A program made the translations under genes and the position numbers. A DNA stretch of 64,000 nucleotides, from positions 22,298-86,297 of the forward strand of contig CAYHOB010000009.1 in the NCBI GenBank assembly GCA_964358165.1, in the 5' to 3' direction. Shown here one piece after another: positions 21,001 through 30,407 of the stretch; the first letter of the stretch is position 1; each line of letters begins with the position of its first letter. The notes under the pieces were generated by a model. It did no database searches, was not told the origin of the DNA, and was given only the letters and a program-made list of their open reading frames with translations. The DNA is from an uncultured Aquirufa sp. (GTDB lineage: Bacteria; Bacteroidota; Bacteroidia; Cytophagales; Spirosomataceae).

Positions 21001-21350
21001 CGCTCCCGATCCTCAAATAGCCCGCCGGAGGCAATGGCTTTTTGGAAAGATGCACGGCGATCTTCGGTTTCCCCTTGAGGTAATAGCGTACTAAAAAAGT
21101 CCTTCCCGTTTAATTCCCCCGCTTTGTAATCCAATAATTGATGCGTGTAAGCATTGGCAAAAACGATCGTTCCATCGAGCGCCATGATGATGCCAAATAA
21201 TTTAAGGCTAGCTAAGGTTTTTATTAGGTTTTCTTTGGATGTTGCTTCCGAAGCGATTCCATCGTTGATTTCAAGTACGTCCAATTGCTTTTTAAGCTCC
21301 TGTATTTCTTGAATGAGATCCTCCTTTGTCTTATTTGCCCAAGCAGCCAT
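18069..21350 (-). CDS. Hybrid sensor histidine kinase (PAS-PAS-GAF-PAS-HisKA-HATPase-REC-HPt)
   Basis: FLANMSHEIRTPMNG, NLTSNALKFT, GGTGLGLAIS, LVDDN...MDIQMPEMDG, LHTLKGNSGTLGA. Confidence 0.93.
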   Translation of the reverse strand: MAAWANKTKEDLIQEIQELKKQLDVLEINDGIASEATSKENLIKTLASLKLFGIIMALDGTIVFANAYTHQLLDYKAGELNGKDFFSTLLPQGETEDRRASFQKAIASGGLFEDRERNYITKKGSMKWVEVASTIVQEADQATYLSIIGEDITERKKVSEALSRSNAQLQDLINNTTDLIQITGISGRFLFVNKAWLETMGYSEEEARDLRMQDVLHPEFAHITEAQFDLLSKGEELPEFTAVFRRKDGRRLYVTGSATCRFERGTPTAYRCILHNSTAKVRAERANKLFSSIAQVAINSTNLDDLYVNIHKQLGEVIDVKNFFIAQYDPGKSYLYFPYYIDEYFDSRVHFTKRKLGNGLTEYAIMANKPLILHDDDIQQLAKEKKIYLYGVVPKVMLCVPLRIGDRVTGIIGVKSYERVNKYENRDLELLDFISSQVAVAIARKQAEEALAHETARLNAIFEGSSHLMWSVNKRLMLTSFNHEYAELLEQQLQIKPQLNFSTESMGFQLVAPNERRPLEDKYKMAFRGQKQHFELELATKQGEQKWLEIYLNPILSGGNIAEVSGIARDITDLKKYQTELVEAREQAEHSLKVKEQFLANMSHEIRTPMNGVIGMVDLLCDSPLNEEQKDYLQTIRKSSETLLHILNDILDLAKIEAGKMVLHPADLVFEDLLDRLMALFTPIAHQKGNKVTYSIDPDVPKFVVADETRLLQILSNLTSNALKFTENGSVTISVSTAKKSETHVDLLVRVTDSGIGISPENLKKLFSAFQQLDNSTSKNYGGTGLGLAISREFCKMMEGEIGVESEEGKGSTFWFTVHLAIGDETKVSAILNADRFDISGTLKSVHARILLVDDNATNRKVASQILLKAGCVVETATSGQEAIDRLSADSAFDLVLMDIQMPEMDGMETTRHLKKSVFGLPPIVAMTAYAMKEDRERFLAVGMDDYLAKPIRAQQLIQMVGKWVHDGHAPEGIVEDQSNDVIDEEVLKSLSDAVGGDPSFVEGMLIEFIAEAEEQIASAEKAFVNKDCKGVQSELHTLKGNSGTLGAAQVHTICEKIELKAKACEFSQFPHEIETLKEALAIYKQQISDRFA

Positions 21351-21362
21351 GGCTTTATTCCC

Positions 21363-21370
21363 TATTTTTG
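21363..21370 (+). promoter_or_regulatory. Candidate -7 promoter element
   Basis: TATTTTTG upstream of rsmA. Confidence 0.4.
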
Positions 21371-21424
21371 CTTAAATGTACAAAAAAGGGCGTAATTTCG
21401 CGTACCCTTAAGCCCCAAGAACAC

Positions 21425-22207
21425 GTGCAAGTAAGAGCAAAAAAGAATTTAGGTCAACACTTTTTAAATGATTTAGATGCGGCACAACGCATTGTGGATG
21501 GCTTGCAGGATTATGCCAACTACAAAAAAGTGTTGGAAATCGGCCCGGGGATGGGTGTGTTAACACAATATTTAGTAAAGAAGAAGGAGTACGAAACCTA
21601 CCTCATCGAAATCGACAAGGAATCCGTGGACTACTTGCGCAAGAATTACTTAGAATTTACGGGGCCTCGATTGATTGATGGCGACTTTTTACGATATCCA
21701 TTGGAAAACATCTTTGGCGATTCAAAATTTGCCATCGTCGGAAACTTCCCCTATTTCATTTCGACGCAGATATTTTTCAGGGTTTTAGAATACAAAGATC
21801 AATGTGTTGAAATCGTGGGCATGTTACAAAAAGAGGTCGCCGTACGATTAGCAGCCAAACCAGGCAATAAGGATTATGGAATTCTCAGCGTCCTCCTTCA
21901 AGCCTATTACGATATCGAATACCTTTTTAGTTTAGGACCGGAAGTTTTCACCCCGCCACCCAAGGTAAATTCAGGCGTTATTCGCTTGGTTCGAAATTTC
22001 GATAAAGAATTAGCCTGCGACCCCAAGCACTTTAAAATGCTCGTTAAAATGGCCTTTAACCAAAGACGAAAAACATTACGCAATGCACTTCGTGCAATGC
22101 AATTACCCGATCATCCCTTATTGACAAAACGTGCCGAACAATTAGGTGTAGCAGAATTTACAACGCTCACTCAATTATGGGAAGCCAATGGCTACCTGGG
22201 AGCCTAA
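21425..22207 (+). CDS. rsmA: 16S rRNA adenine dimethyltransferase
   Basis: KKNLGQHFL, LEIGPGMG, GNFPYFIS, PPPKVNS. GTG start inferred at 21425. Confidence 0.95.
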   Translation: MQVRAKKNLGQHFLNDLDAAQRIVDGLQDYANYKKVLEIGPGMGVLTQYLVKKKEYETYLIEIDKESVDYLRKNYLEFTGPRLIDGDFLRYPLENIFGDSKFAIVGNFPYFISTQIFFRVLEYKDQCVEIVGMLQKEVAVRLAAKPGNKDYGILSVLLQAYYDIEYLFSLGPEVFTPPPKVNSGVIRLVRNFDKELACDPKHFKMLVKMAFNQRRKTLRNALRAMQLPDHPLLTKRAEQLGVAEFTTLTQLWEANGYLGA

Positions 22208-22278
22208 GAATTTAACCGAGGCTTGACCAAAATTTGGGTAAAAATTCCGTAATTGCGAATCAATCTAAAACCTCATCC

Positions 22279-23655
22279 ATGGAAGAAATCAACGTACAGC
22301 ACCTTCCGTTTGAGCTCACCAAAGAGTTCTTAGAAGAAATTCGCCAACTCATCACGGAGCAAGCGAAAGATGAGATAATTGCCAAAATTGAGGATTTATT
22401 CCCTGCTGACATCACGACTATTTTATATGAATTAAACGGGGATGAGTCGAAGTATTTGGTCCAATTATTAGATACAAAAATTGCAGCGGCGATTATTTCG
22501 GCTTTAGATACCGATGACCGTAAGAAGTTTTTGAAGAACTTCACCTCAAAAGAAATTTCAGCATACATCAATATCGTTGATTCCGATGATGCGGTAGATA
22601 TATTAAACGAACAACCTGTTCGGATACGAGAAGAAGTCATTGCCCTCCTGAAAGACCGGGAACAAGCCCGTTTTATCATTGATTTAATGCATTATGACGA
22701 GGACTGCGCAGGTGGTTTGATGCAGAAGGAATTGATTAAAATCAATGTAACTCAAACGGTTACGGAATGTGTGGAAGAGATTCGCCGACAAGCCGAAGAT
22801 GTAGAAAAAGTCTATTCCGTGTATGTTGTTGATGATGACGGATTATTGTTAGGAACTGTTTCATTGAAAAAAATCATCTTAGCGAAGCGTGGTTCCAAGA
22901 TTCAAGATGTGTTTGAAGCAGATGAAATCGTTTCCGTTCAATCCTATAGCACGGGTGAAGAAGTTGCCGACTTGATGCAGAAATATGATTTGGAAGCGAT
23001 TCCAGTCGTGAATATTCAAGGGCGATTATTAGGTCGAATTACCATTGATGACGTGGTCGATTTTATTACAGAATCAGCTCAGGAAGATATTCAGGTGATG
23101 GCCGGTATCTCGGAAGACGTAGAGGAAGATGACTCCGTTTGGCTTTTGGTACGATCGCGTTTGCCCTGGTTAATAGGCGGGATGGTCGGCAGTTTTTTAG
23201 CCGCCAAAATCATCGACCGTTTCGACGACACCATCGCTTTATTACCCGCAATTTCAGCGTTTATCCCATTAATAGGATCGACTGGTGGAAACGTAGGAAT
23301 TCAATCTTCTTCTTTGATTGTTCAATCACTTGCCGACAAAAGTGGTTTAGATACAACCTTATGGAAACGTCTTCAAAAGGTATTTGTCGTTGCATTAATC
23401 AATGCACTTATCGCGGCTATATTTGCCTTTGGATGCTCAATGTTAATCGATAGTGGTGAAATTATGTTATCCATTACGGTATCCCTATCCTTGTTTGCGG
23501 TCGTAATGCTCGCTTCCTTGATGGGAACGGTGACACCTTTGGTATTAAACCAATTAAAAATTAACCCTGCTGTCGCATCGGGGCCGTTTATCACGACGAC
23601 CAATGACATCTTAGGTTATGGGGTATATTTCTTAATTGTCTATTTCTTATTGTAA
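22279..23655 (+). CDS. mgtE: Magnesium transporter MgtE
   Basis: AGGLM, CBS pair, RLPWL, GGNVGIQS, PAVASGPFITTTND. Confidence 0.95.
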   Translation: MEEINVQHLPFELTKEFLEEIRQLITEQAKDEIIAKIEDLFPADITTILYELNGDESKYLVQLLDTKIAAAIISALDTDDRKKFLKNFTSKEISAYINIVDSDDAVDILNEQPVRIREEVIALLKDREQARFIIDLMHYDEDCAGGLMQKELIKINVTQTVTECVEEIRRQAEDVEKVYSVYVVDDDGLLLGTVSLKKIILAKRGSKIQDVFEADEIVSVQSYSTGEEVADLMQKYDLEAIPVVNIQGRLLGRITIDDVVDFITESAQEDIQVMAGISEDVEEDDSVWLLVRSRLPWLIGGMVGSFLAAKIIDRFDDTIALLPAISAFIPLIGSTGGNVGIQSSSLIVQSLADKSGLDTTLWKRLQKVFVVALINALIAAIFAFGCSMLIDSGEIMLSITVSLSLFAVVMLASLMGTVTPLVLNQLKINPAVASGPFITTTNDILGYGVYFLIVYFLL

Positions 23656-23658
23656 GGA

Positions 23659-24108
23659 ATGAGAGCCATCATTCAACGAGTCAGTTCTGCATCCTTGCAT
23701 ATTGATGGGCATTTACACGCCACCATCTCCCAAGGATTTGTCATATTATTGGGCATACATGTCGAAGATACTGAAGCGGATGTGGATTACCTCGTAGGTA
23801 AAATACAGGGTTTACGTATTTTTTCCGATGCGGAAGGAAAAATGAATTTATCTTTGGAACAGGTATCTGGCCAATTATTATTAGTCAGTCAATTCACGCT
23901 GTATGCGGATACACGAAAAGGAAACCGCCCAAGTTATCTAGCTTCGGCCAGACCAGAGCAAGCCATTCCATTGTACAACAGCACGATCCACAAACTTGAA
24001 TTAGCCATGGGTTTCCCCATTCAGACTGGCGAATTTGGTGCAGACATGCAGGTAAGTCTATGTAACGATGGCCCTGTGACAATCATCTTGGATTCAAAAA
24101 ACAAATAG
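23659..24108 (+). CDS. dtd: D-aminoacyl-tRNA deacylase
   Basis: MRAIIQRV, SQFTLY, GNRPS, NDGPVT. Confidence 0.95.
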   Translation: MRAIIQRVSSASLHIDGHLHATISQGFVILLGIHVEDTEADVDYLVGKIQGLRIFSDAEGKMNLSLEQVSGQLLLVSQFTLYADTRKGNRPSYLASARPEQAIPLYNSTIHKLELAMGFPIQTGEFGADMQVSLCNDGPVTIILDSKNK

Positions 24109-24111
24109 ATT

Positions 24112-24441
24112 ATGACTTTAGAAGAAGCCCAACAAACTGTAGATCAATGGATCAAGACCGTCGGCGTGCGCTATTTTAGTGAGCTGACTAATATGGCCAT
24201 GCTAACGGAGGAAGTAGGCGAAGTAGCCCGGATCATCGCACGACGTTATGGAGAGCAATCAGAAAAAGAATCGGACAAAAATAAAGACCTTGGAGATGAA
24301 ATGGCGGATGTACTCTTTGTATTAATCTGTTTAGCGAATCAAACAGGTGTGAACCTAACGGAGGCGCTACAAAAAAACATGGAAAAGAAAAGCATCCGAG
24401 ACGCTGAACGTCATCATAATAATCCCAAACTGAAGGATTAA
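24112..24441 (+). CDS. MazG-like nucleotide pyrophosphohydrolase
   Basis: LTEEVGEVAR, DEMADVLFVLICLANQTG. Confidence 0.9.
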   Translation: MTLEEAQQTVDQWIKTVGVRYFSELTNMAMLTEEVGEVARIIARRYGEQSEKESDKNKDLGDEMADVLFVLICLANQTGVNLTEALQKNMEKKSIRDAERHHNNPKLKD

Positions 24442-24443
24442 AC

Positions 24444-25121
24444 TTATTTGACTGGAGGCATTTGGCTGTCAGAAATTCGCTTGCTCATGTTCTGTCCCTC
24501 CTCTTTATTCGGAATAAAAGGACGGACCAAAGAAATCAAATCCAATGCAGGATTCAATTTTTGAATTACCTCATGGCGAACATCAAATTCCATTTCCCCA
24601 GACACCTGTAAGTATTCCGCATCCGAAATTCCGTCATGTTTATTTGATGCATTTGAGAAGGATGCTAAGTGACCTAATGAGCTATCTCCCATCAATTTAC
24701 CACCTTCCCAAGAAACAACAGAACCTGCATGTTTCCAGTCGAAGCCAGAAAGTGTAAAATTCTTTTGATTAATCGCTTGAACCGATTTTAAAGGCATACC
24801 CAACAATAATCCAGAATCTGTCTTCCATTCAGATGCATTTCCTACGATTGTCACATCAACGATTTCACCATCCCGGTAATACACATAAACTTGTCGGTTT
24901 GAATTCGGGTACAAAATAGAACCGCGTAAACTATCATCACCAATCACCCAAGTTGTATCGGCAATTAAAGACTCTTTCCCGTATTTTTTCTGAAGTCCTG
25001 TCAAATCCCCACAGGCAAGTACTTCATTCAAACTACGCGTAGGGTTCACTATTTCAGAAGAATTGCTCGATCCACACGCTAAAAGCAGGATGGAAACGAG
25101 GATAGATAAGATGTATTTCAT
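24444..25121 (-). CDS. Hypothetical lipoprotein
   Basis: Signal peptide with lipobox LLLAC. No domain recognised. Confidence 0.65.
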   Translation of the reverse strand: MKYILSILVSILLLACGSSNSSEIVNPTRSLNEVLACGDLTGLQKKYGKESLIADTTWVIGDDSLRGSILYPNSNRQVYVYYRDGEIVDVTIVGNASEWKTDSGLLLGMPLKSVQAINQKNFTLSGFDWKHAGSVVSWEGGKLMGDSSLGHLASFSNASNKHDGISDAEYLQVSGEMEFDVRHEVIQKLNPALDLISLVRPFIPNKEEGQNMSKRISDSQMPPVK

Positions 25122-25122
25122 A

Positions 25123-26802
25123 TTAGAAGGAATAAGCTAAGGATAAGGTTGCATTCAAGCCCTGCACTTTGTATTGGTAAAATTTTTGATAATTTTTCCC
25201 AAGAAGGTTATTGCCCGACAAACCAATGTTCAAATTTCGTTTGATAAAATAATTTATTTTAAAGTTGACATCCAAAATATCATCCAGCTGAATTAACTGA
25301 TTTTTGACAGGTTCTAAGGCATAGAGCGATTTCATCCAGTAAATATCTGGCGCAAGCAAGATTTTAGGAGAGATGCGCCAAGAGTTAATCCACGATAATG
25401 TCGTAGCAGGAATATGCGGCGCATGGAACTTTACACCTAATTGTTCATAAATCACATGATTGAACTTAAAGCTAGATGTAAATTGAGAAGTGAAATTCAA
25501 ATTCAAATTTGCATTGAGCGTGGTTACTTGAATTTTCTCCAAACCGCCCCGATATTGTATATCAAATTTATTTGTTGCCGTGACAGCATTGACAAAAAAT
25601 GGCAAGTCGGCAAATTCAGAATAATCATATTGCGCTTCAAAATCAATCACCTTATTTCCTCCAATCCCCCTGATTCCTCCATAGACATGCCCAACTTGAT
25701 TCGTATTTTTCAATTGACTTGGCACATGCATCCAAGGATTTTGCTTTAAGTAGCTTTGAAAAGTATTGAATTGAACATCACCTCCTATACCCCCAAAAAG
25801 ATGAATGTAATCCGATGCGCCAAAATCCATTTGTAACATGGGGAATACACTTGTCTTCTCGACTAATGGTTCTTCTGATTCAGTGACAAACAAAAATCCA
25901 GCATTTAAGCTAACACGTGAACTTTTATAAGCCAAATGTGGATTTAATCGGTACAAATTTCGATTCCATTTTTGCAAAGTAGCATTTGGGGAATAGACTG
26001 AATAAATATAATCTCCCACCAATTTAAACCGCAATTTCTCTGACATATTGTGCGCATACATGCCATGACCCTGAATGAGCAGCTCATTTAAATCCTGCGG
26101 ATTTGTCAACTGATCCGCTTGAATACGTAATTCATAATCTGTAGATGTACTTTTTCTAGCGCTACTCAATTTACCCGCAGCACTCATCCGAGTATATGAG
26201 GCCAATAAGTCACTCGCTTTGACATAAGTAGGTATTTCGGCTAATCCATAATAGTAATTAGAAAACATTTTATATTCCAATGTACTCTCCCAATAATTCA
26301 CTCGTCCTAAGGATCGACTTTCTAGACGAGCCAAATTTTGACTGCGGGCAGAATACTCACTACTAACAGGACCATATTGATTTGCATCATGATGTAAATA
26401 AAGGCCTAGGAATTTATTCTCTTTGGAATTTTGACTTACATTAAAATCGAACAATGAATGACCATAATTCCCTATTCCAAAGCGTATTGCATTCTTAAAT
26501 TTCTCGCCATAGGCTGTTTTATTTTTCTCATCTGAACGCATTTCCTGTGCAGCCGGCGCCTCAATTTTAGGCAATGAGTCGAGCGCCCAGGTAGATTCCT
26601 TCAACTTTATTTGCATGGGAGTACGCTCAGATTGGACAAAGGATTTCATCGGTTGATATGACCGATCAGTCACCTTTAGGTGCATGACTGCGCGCGTAGA
26701 ATTAGGAATGGTAATCGTGGAACGATCAATGCGCGACTCTTGCGCATACCCTGTAACGAGTAGTATAAACAGACCAACAAATAGAAATAAGATCCGTATC
26801 AT
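25123..26802 (-). CDS. Outer-membrane beta-barrel protein (often annotated TonB-dependent receptor-like)
   Basis: Signal peptide, alternating beta-strand pattern, C-terminal LSLAYSF. Confidence 0.7.
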   Translation of the reverse strand: MIRILFLFVGLFILLVTGYAQESRIDRSTITIPNSTRAVMHLKVTDRSYQPMKSFVQSERTPMQIKLKESTWALDSLPKIEAPAAQEMRSDEKNKTAYGEKFKNAIRFGIGNYGHSLFDFNVSQNSKENKFLGLYLHHDANQYGPVSSEYSARSQNLARLESRSLGRVNYWESTLEYKMFSNYYYGLAEIPTYVKASDLLASYTRMSAAGKLSSARKSTSTDYELRIQADQLTNPQDLNELLIQGHGMYAHNMSEKLRFKLVGDYIYSVYSPNATLQKWNRNLYRLNPHLAYKSSRVSLNAGFLFVTESEEPLVEKTSVFPMLQMDFGASDYIHLFGGIGGDVQFNTFQSYLKQNPWMHVPSQLKNTNQVGHVYGGIRGIGGNKVIDFEAQYDYSEFADLPFFVNAVTATNKFDIQYRGGLEKIQVTTLNANLNLNFTSQFTSSFKFNHVIYEQLGVKFHAPHIPATTLSWINSWRISPKILLAPDIYWMKSLYALEPVKNQLIQLDDILDVNFKINYFIKRNLNIGLSGNNLLGKNYQKFYQYKVQGLNATLSLAYSF

Positions 26803-29800
26803 TTATTGAATTCCCTCCATTTTTTTCTTGGCAAGCACTTTCACGGCATCATCCGACGAATTGGCTAAAATACTTTGCAAAATCACTTTGGCCTGTGCAA
26901 TATTCTTTAATTGAATAAAATTATCAGCCATCAATAAATAGGCTTGACCAATCATTGCATCAGGCATGTGGTAATATCGACTTTCTGCTTGAACAAACTG
27001 ACTTACTAGCCATTCATTTGATTGCTTGAATTCTTTTTGAAGAACAAGTGTTTTGGCATATCCCAGGGACGCTTTGGCCCCTATTTCATCTTGATTCAGC
27101 GTTACAGCCTTATCGAACCATTGTTTGGCTACATCATACTCGATCGCATCTGATGCAGATTGTCCGATTTCCAAAGCCCATTGACTCTTACGTAAGGTAT
27201 CCACAACATCTAAGTCAATCCACAATTGCTTCAACGAATCAAATTTCTTTTGTTGCCCATATAATTGTTTCAATTTATCCTGAACATCCACCATCAATGA
27301 GTCCTGGTAAGGCATATTTGCTTTCAAATCAACCAATTGAGCAATTGCTAAATCGGCATGCTTTTGTTCTTCATATATCAAAGCAATCGTCCATTGGGCT
27401 TTATTCGCATAAATGACTCCCTGCTGACTTCGTTTTAAGTAAATTAAAGCATTGCCAAAATCTTTTGTGTGATAAGTAGAAATACCTAACATGTAATTCA
27501 AGGCATCTGATTGCCCATAGCTTGGAAATTCTTGAATTAAGCGAACGAGCTCAGGTACAACTAATTTATATTTGCCTTGCTGAAACATTTCAGAACAAAT
27601 TTCAAGCCATTGTTCGGCTATACCAGGATCATCTCCATGTTGGCTTGCATAAATATGATGCAATTCAATCGCCTCACTATGTCGGCCTGCTTTCTTCAAC
27701 AACTCTGTAGCCCCGATGATTGCCTCTATAGCGGAAGAATCTGCTGTGAATTTACGCACAATGTTCACATAATCATCCATGGCTAAAAACCACTGATTTG
27801 TGTTTTCATAGGCTTGCGCACGAATCAACAAGAATGGGGGATACAGGGGATTCGTTGATGATTTCTCTAGAATAAATTTGCTCGCATTTCGTATAACAGC
27901 TGCATAACTTTCCGTTTTTTGTAAGCGAGTCAAGGCAATATTACTTTGATAGAACATTTTGTCGGCTTGCGGGTCATTGGGAAAATTTGTGCTATAAACT
28001 TGATAAGCATCAGCAGCTTCTTGGAATTTCCGAAGGCCGAAAAGAATCGACGCTTTACGTTCAATCAAGTTCATTGACTGCGACGAATTCTGTTGAATTG
28101 CTTCGTCAAAATATTTCAACCCTAAGATTAAATCCCCTTTGGCAATGGAAAGTTCTGCCAAATTCCGCAAATCATCTACCGTGCGTCGTCCATCTAATTT
28201 GTTTGCCACATATTCCTCAAAATATTGCAAGGAACGATCGTACATGGTAATATAAGCAAACGAATGTGCCAAACTTAATCGAATTCGCTGGCTTAATTCG
28301 CGCGAACCGGTGGGTAATGCCGTTTCAGCTAGCAGCGGTACATACAATTTAATTGCATCTGAATTCTTATTTGACCGAGCAAGTATTTCTGCTAATGCAT
28401 AGCGTGCATACCAAGCCATTTCGCGATTAACAGCAAAATCAAGTGATTTTTTAAAATAAGAAATCGCCCTTCGATCTTCTTGCTTATCATATGCTTTTGA
28501 GGCAATTTGATAGCAGGTTGCTTGGTATAGTTCTTGGAATTTTACTTTTCCAACAGGGAAGTTCAACATAAAATCCTCCGTGGCAGATAAACTTGCTTGT
28601 TTCCGAAGTGCATCGATCGCCATCGAAACCAATAATTCGCCATGTTTATTTTGAGGGACACGTTTTTGGTATCCTTTTATCTCTGTGAGCAAAGTCGTCC
28701 ACTGTTGATTTTGTTGCAGCAAACTAAAATACATCAAATTAGCCTCATCCGCCAATTCTTTATTGAAAGGCATGGCTGCGACCTCTTGTAAAGCAGAGTA
28801 AGCGAGATCCCATTTTTGTTGGTCTATCAAAATTAAGGCACGCGTTTTTGCTATTTCTTGATCGAGTGAATCGATTGATTTTGCAGGCTTCGAAAGAAGA
28901 ACCATTGCCTCATCCAATTGCTTTGATTTATAAAGAGCAAAGGCATATTTAAAACTTCGCTCTCGATTCAACAGCTGAGGCGCTTTTTCCTTTACCACAG
29001 CATAACTTTTCGCAGCATTGGAATAATCTAGTTTTTGAAATTGCAATTCAGCGATAATGGATGCCAAATTTCCTGAAGATTGCCGATAAGTACTGTCGGC
29101 CAAAATGGGCTTCACGTAACCAATGAGATCATTGTATCGGTTAAGTTTCATATAGGCTGAACTAATCCAGACAGGAGCCTCTACAGCATATTTTGGATCA
29201 GCACTCGCAATTTTAAAATCCTCAATAGCTTGATCAAATTTTTCGGAATGAAAATTCATGACACCCGCGTAATAAGCTGCAGGCAAAGCATATTCATCTT
29301 CTGACTCAAACTTCAATATATTAAACAATGCCAAAGCTTCTTTAAGCTGATTGGCTTTATAATATGAAATGGCGAGGTAATATTTATGTTCTAGATTTGT
29401 TTGGGCAGAATTACTCAAATACTTAATAGCGCGAGCCCAGTCACCTGTTTCATAATAATATCCCCCAATTTCCGTAATTAATTTGGCAGAAAAAGGACTT
29501 TCGGGATGATCTGAAACGAATTTAACCGCCTGAATTTCAGCTTCGGGACGCATGGAATAAATCGAACACATCGCGATGTAATATTCCACAATGGTTCGCT
29601 CAGATCCCAAAATCAAGGGATTTTCCTGCAATATTCTAAGGTAAAAACGAAATTCTTCCTGGGCTGCCGGGAAGTTATTAGAATCAAACAACAGTTTAGC
29701 TTGACGGAAATGCTCGTAGGGGTCTGATAATTTGACCGTTTGCTGACCATTCATATCAAACGGCTGAACAAAGAACACGCTGAAGACTAAAACACTAAAA

Positions 29801-29820
29801 TAAAATAATCGTTTTTTCAT
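26803..29820 (-). CDS. Large exported tetratricopeptide-repeat protein
   Basis: Signal peptide and many helical TPR-like repeats over 1005 aa. Abuts the barrel gene with no gap. Confidence 0.8.
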   Translation of the reverse strand: MKKRLFYFSVLVFSVFFVQPFDMNGQQTVKLSDPYEHFRQAKLLFDSNNFPAAQEEFRFYLRILQENPLILGSERTIVEYYIAMCSIYSMRPEAEIQAVKFVSDHPESPFSAKLITEIGGYYYETGDWARAIKYLSNSAQTNLEHKYYLAISYYKANQLKEALALFNILKFESEDEYALPAAYYAGVMNFHSEKFDQAIEDFKIASADPKYAVEAPVWISSAYMKLNRYNDLIGYVKPILADSTYRQSSGNLASIIAELQFQKLDYSNAAKSYAVVKEKAPQLLNRERSFKYAFALYKSKQLDEAMVLLSKPAKSIDSLDQEIAKTRALILIDQQKWDLAYSALQEVAAMPFNKELADEANLMYFSLLQQNQQWTTLLTEIKGYQKRVPQNKHGELLVSMAIDALRKQASLSATEDFMLNFPVGKVKFQELYQATCYQIASKAYDKQEDRRAISYFKKSLDFAVNREMAWYARYALAEILARSNKNSDAIKLYVPLLAETALPTGSRELSQRIRLSLAHSFAYITMYDRSLQYFEEYVANKLDGRRTVDDLRNLAELSIAKGDLILGLKYFDEAIQQNSSQSMNLIERKASILFGLRKFQEAADAYQVYSTNFPNDPQADKMFYQSNIALTRLQKTESYAAVIRNASKFILEKSSTNPLYPPFLLIRAQAYENTNQWFLAMDDYVNIVRKFTADSSAIEAIIGATELLKKAGRHSEAIELHHIYASQHGDDPGIAEQWLEICSEMFQQGKYKLVVPELVRLIQEFPSYGQSDALNYMLGISTYHTKDFGNALIYLKRSQQGVIYANKAQWTIALIYEEQKHADLAIAQLVDLKANMPYQDSLMVDVQDKLKQLYGQQKKFDSLKQLWIDLDVVDTLRKSQWALEIGQSASDAIEYDVAKQWFDKAVTLNQDEIGAKASLGYAKTLVLQKEFKQSNEWLVSQFVQAESRYYHMPDAMIGQAYLLMADNFIQLKNIAQAKVILQSILANSSDDAVKVLAKKKMEGIQ

Positions 29821-29969
29821 CTACGAACAGATGTATATCTAGGGTTATTACAATAATACAAATTATATTTCAAATTTATCTCCCCTATCCAACGATAAAA
29901 ATGCAAATAAATTTCCTCTAACACTTATTTTATCTAATTTTGACGGAAATTACCAACAAACAATATTTC

Positions 29970-30407
29970 ATGACGATTCGTAACTTATTCATATTCAGCC
30001 TTCTTTCAATTTGTTTCTTTACCTCTTCAGCTCAAAGTCCGAATAAAAAGCTTCCAATCATTAAAAACGGAGGTTTTGTGATTTTTGAAAAAAATGGACA
30101 TGGATTAATCGCTGCGGTCGAAAACCTTGGTAAGCTCGATTACCTAGAGGCAGTAAAAGCTTGCGATAGTCTGCAAGTTGGGGGATTTTCAGATTGGCGA
30201 CTACCCACAAAAGAAGAATTCGAATTGATCCACCCCAAATTGAATCTCAAAAAAGTAGGTGGAGGAAGTATATTTCAATCGTCATGGTATTGGACATCCA
30301 CGGAGGTCGACAAACAAAATGCCTGGACACATAACCTTCAAACAGGGCTTCAAGCATCCTATTTTAAGGATTTCAAATGCTTCGTGAAAGCAGTTCGCTC
30401 ATTCTAA
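29970..30407 (+). CDS. DUF1566 (Lcl C-terminal) domain protein
   Basis: Signal peptide, GFSDWRLPTKEE, WYWTSTE, AWT...VKAVRSF. Confidence 0.8.
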   Translation: MTIRNLFIFSLLSICFFTSSAQSPNKKLPIIKNGGFVIFEKNGHGLIAAVENLGKLDYLEAVKACDSLQVGGFSDWRLPTKEEFELIHPKLNLKKVGGGSIFQSSWYWTSTEVDKQNAWTHNLQTGLQASYFKDFKCFVKAVRSF

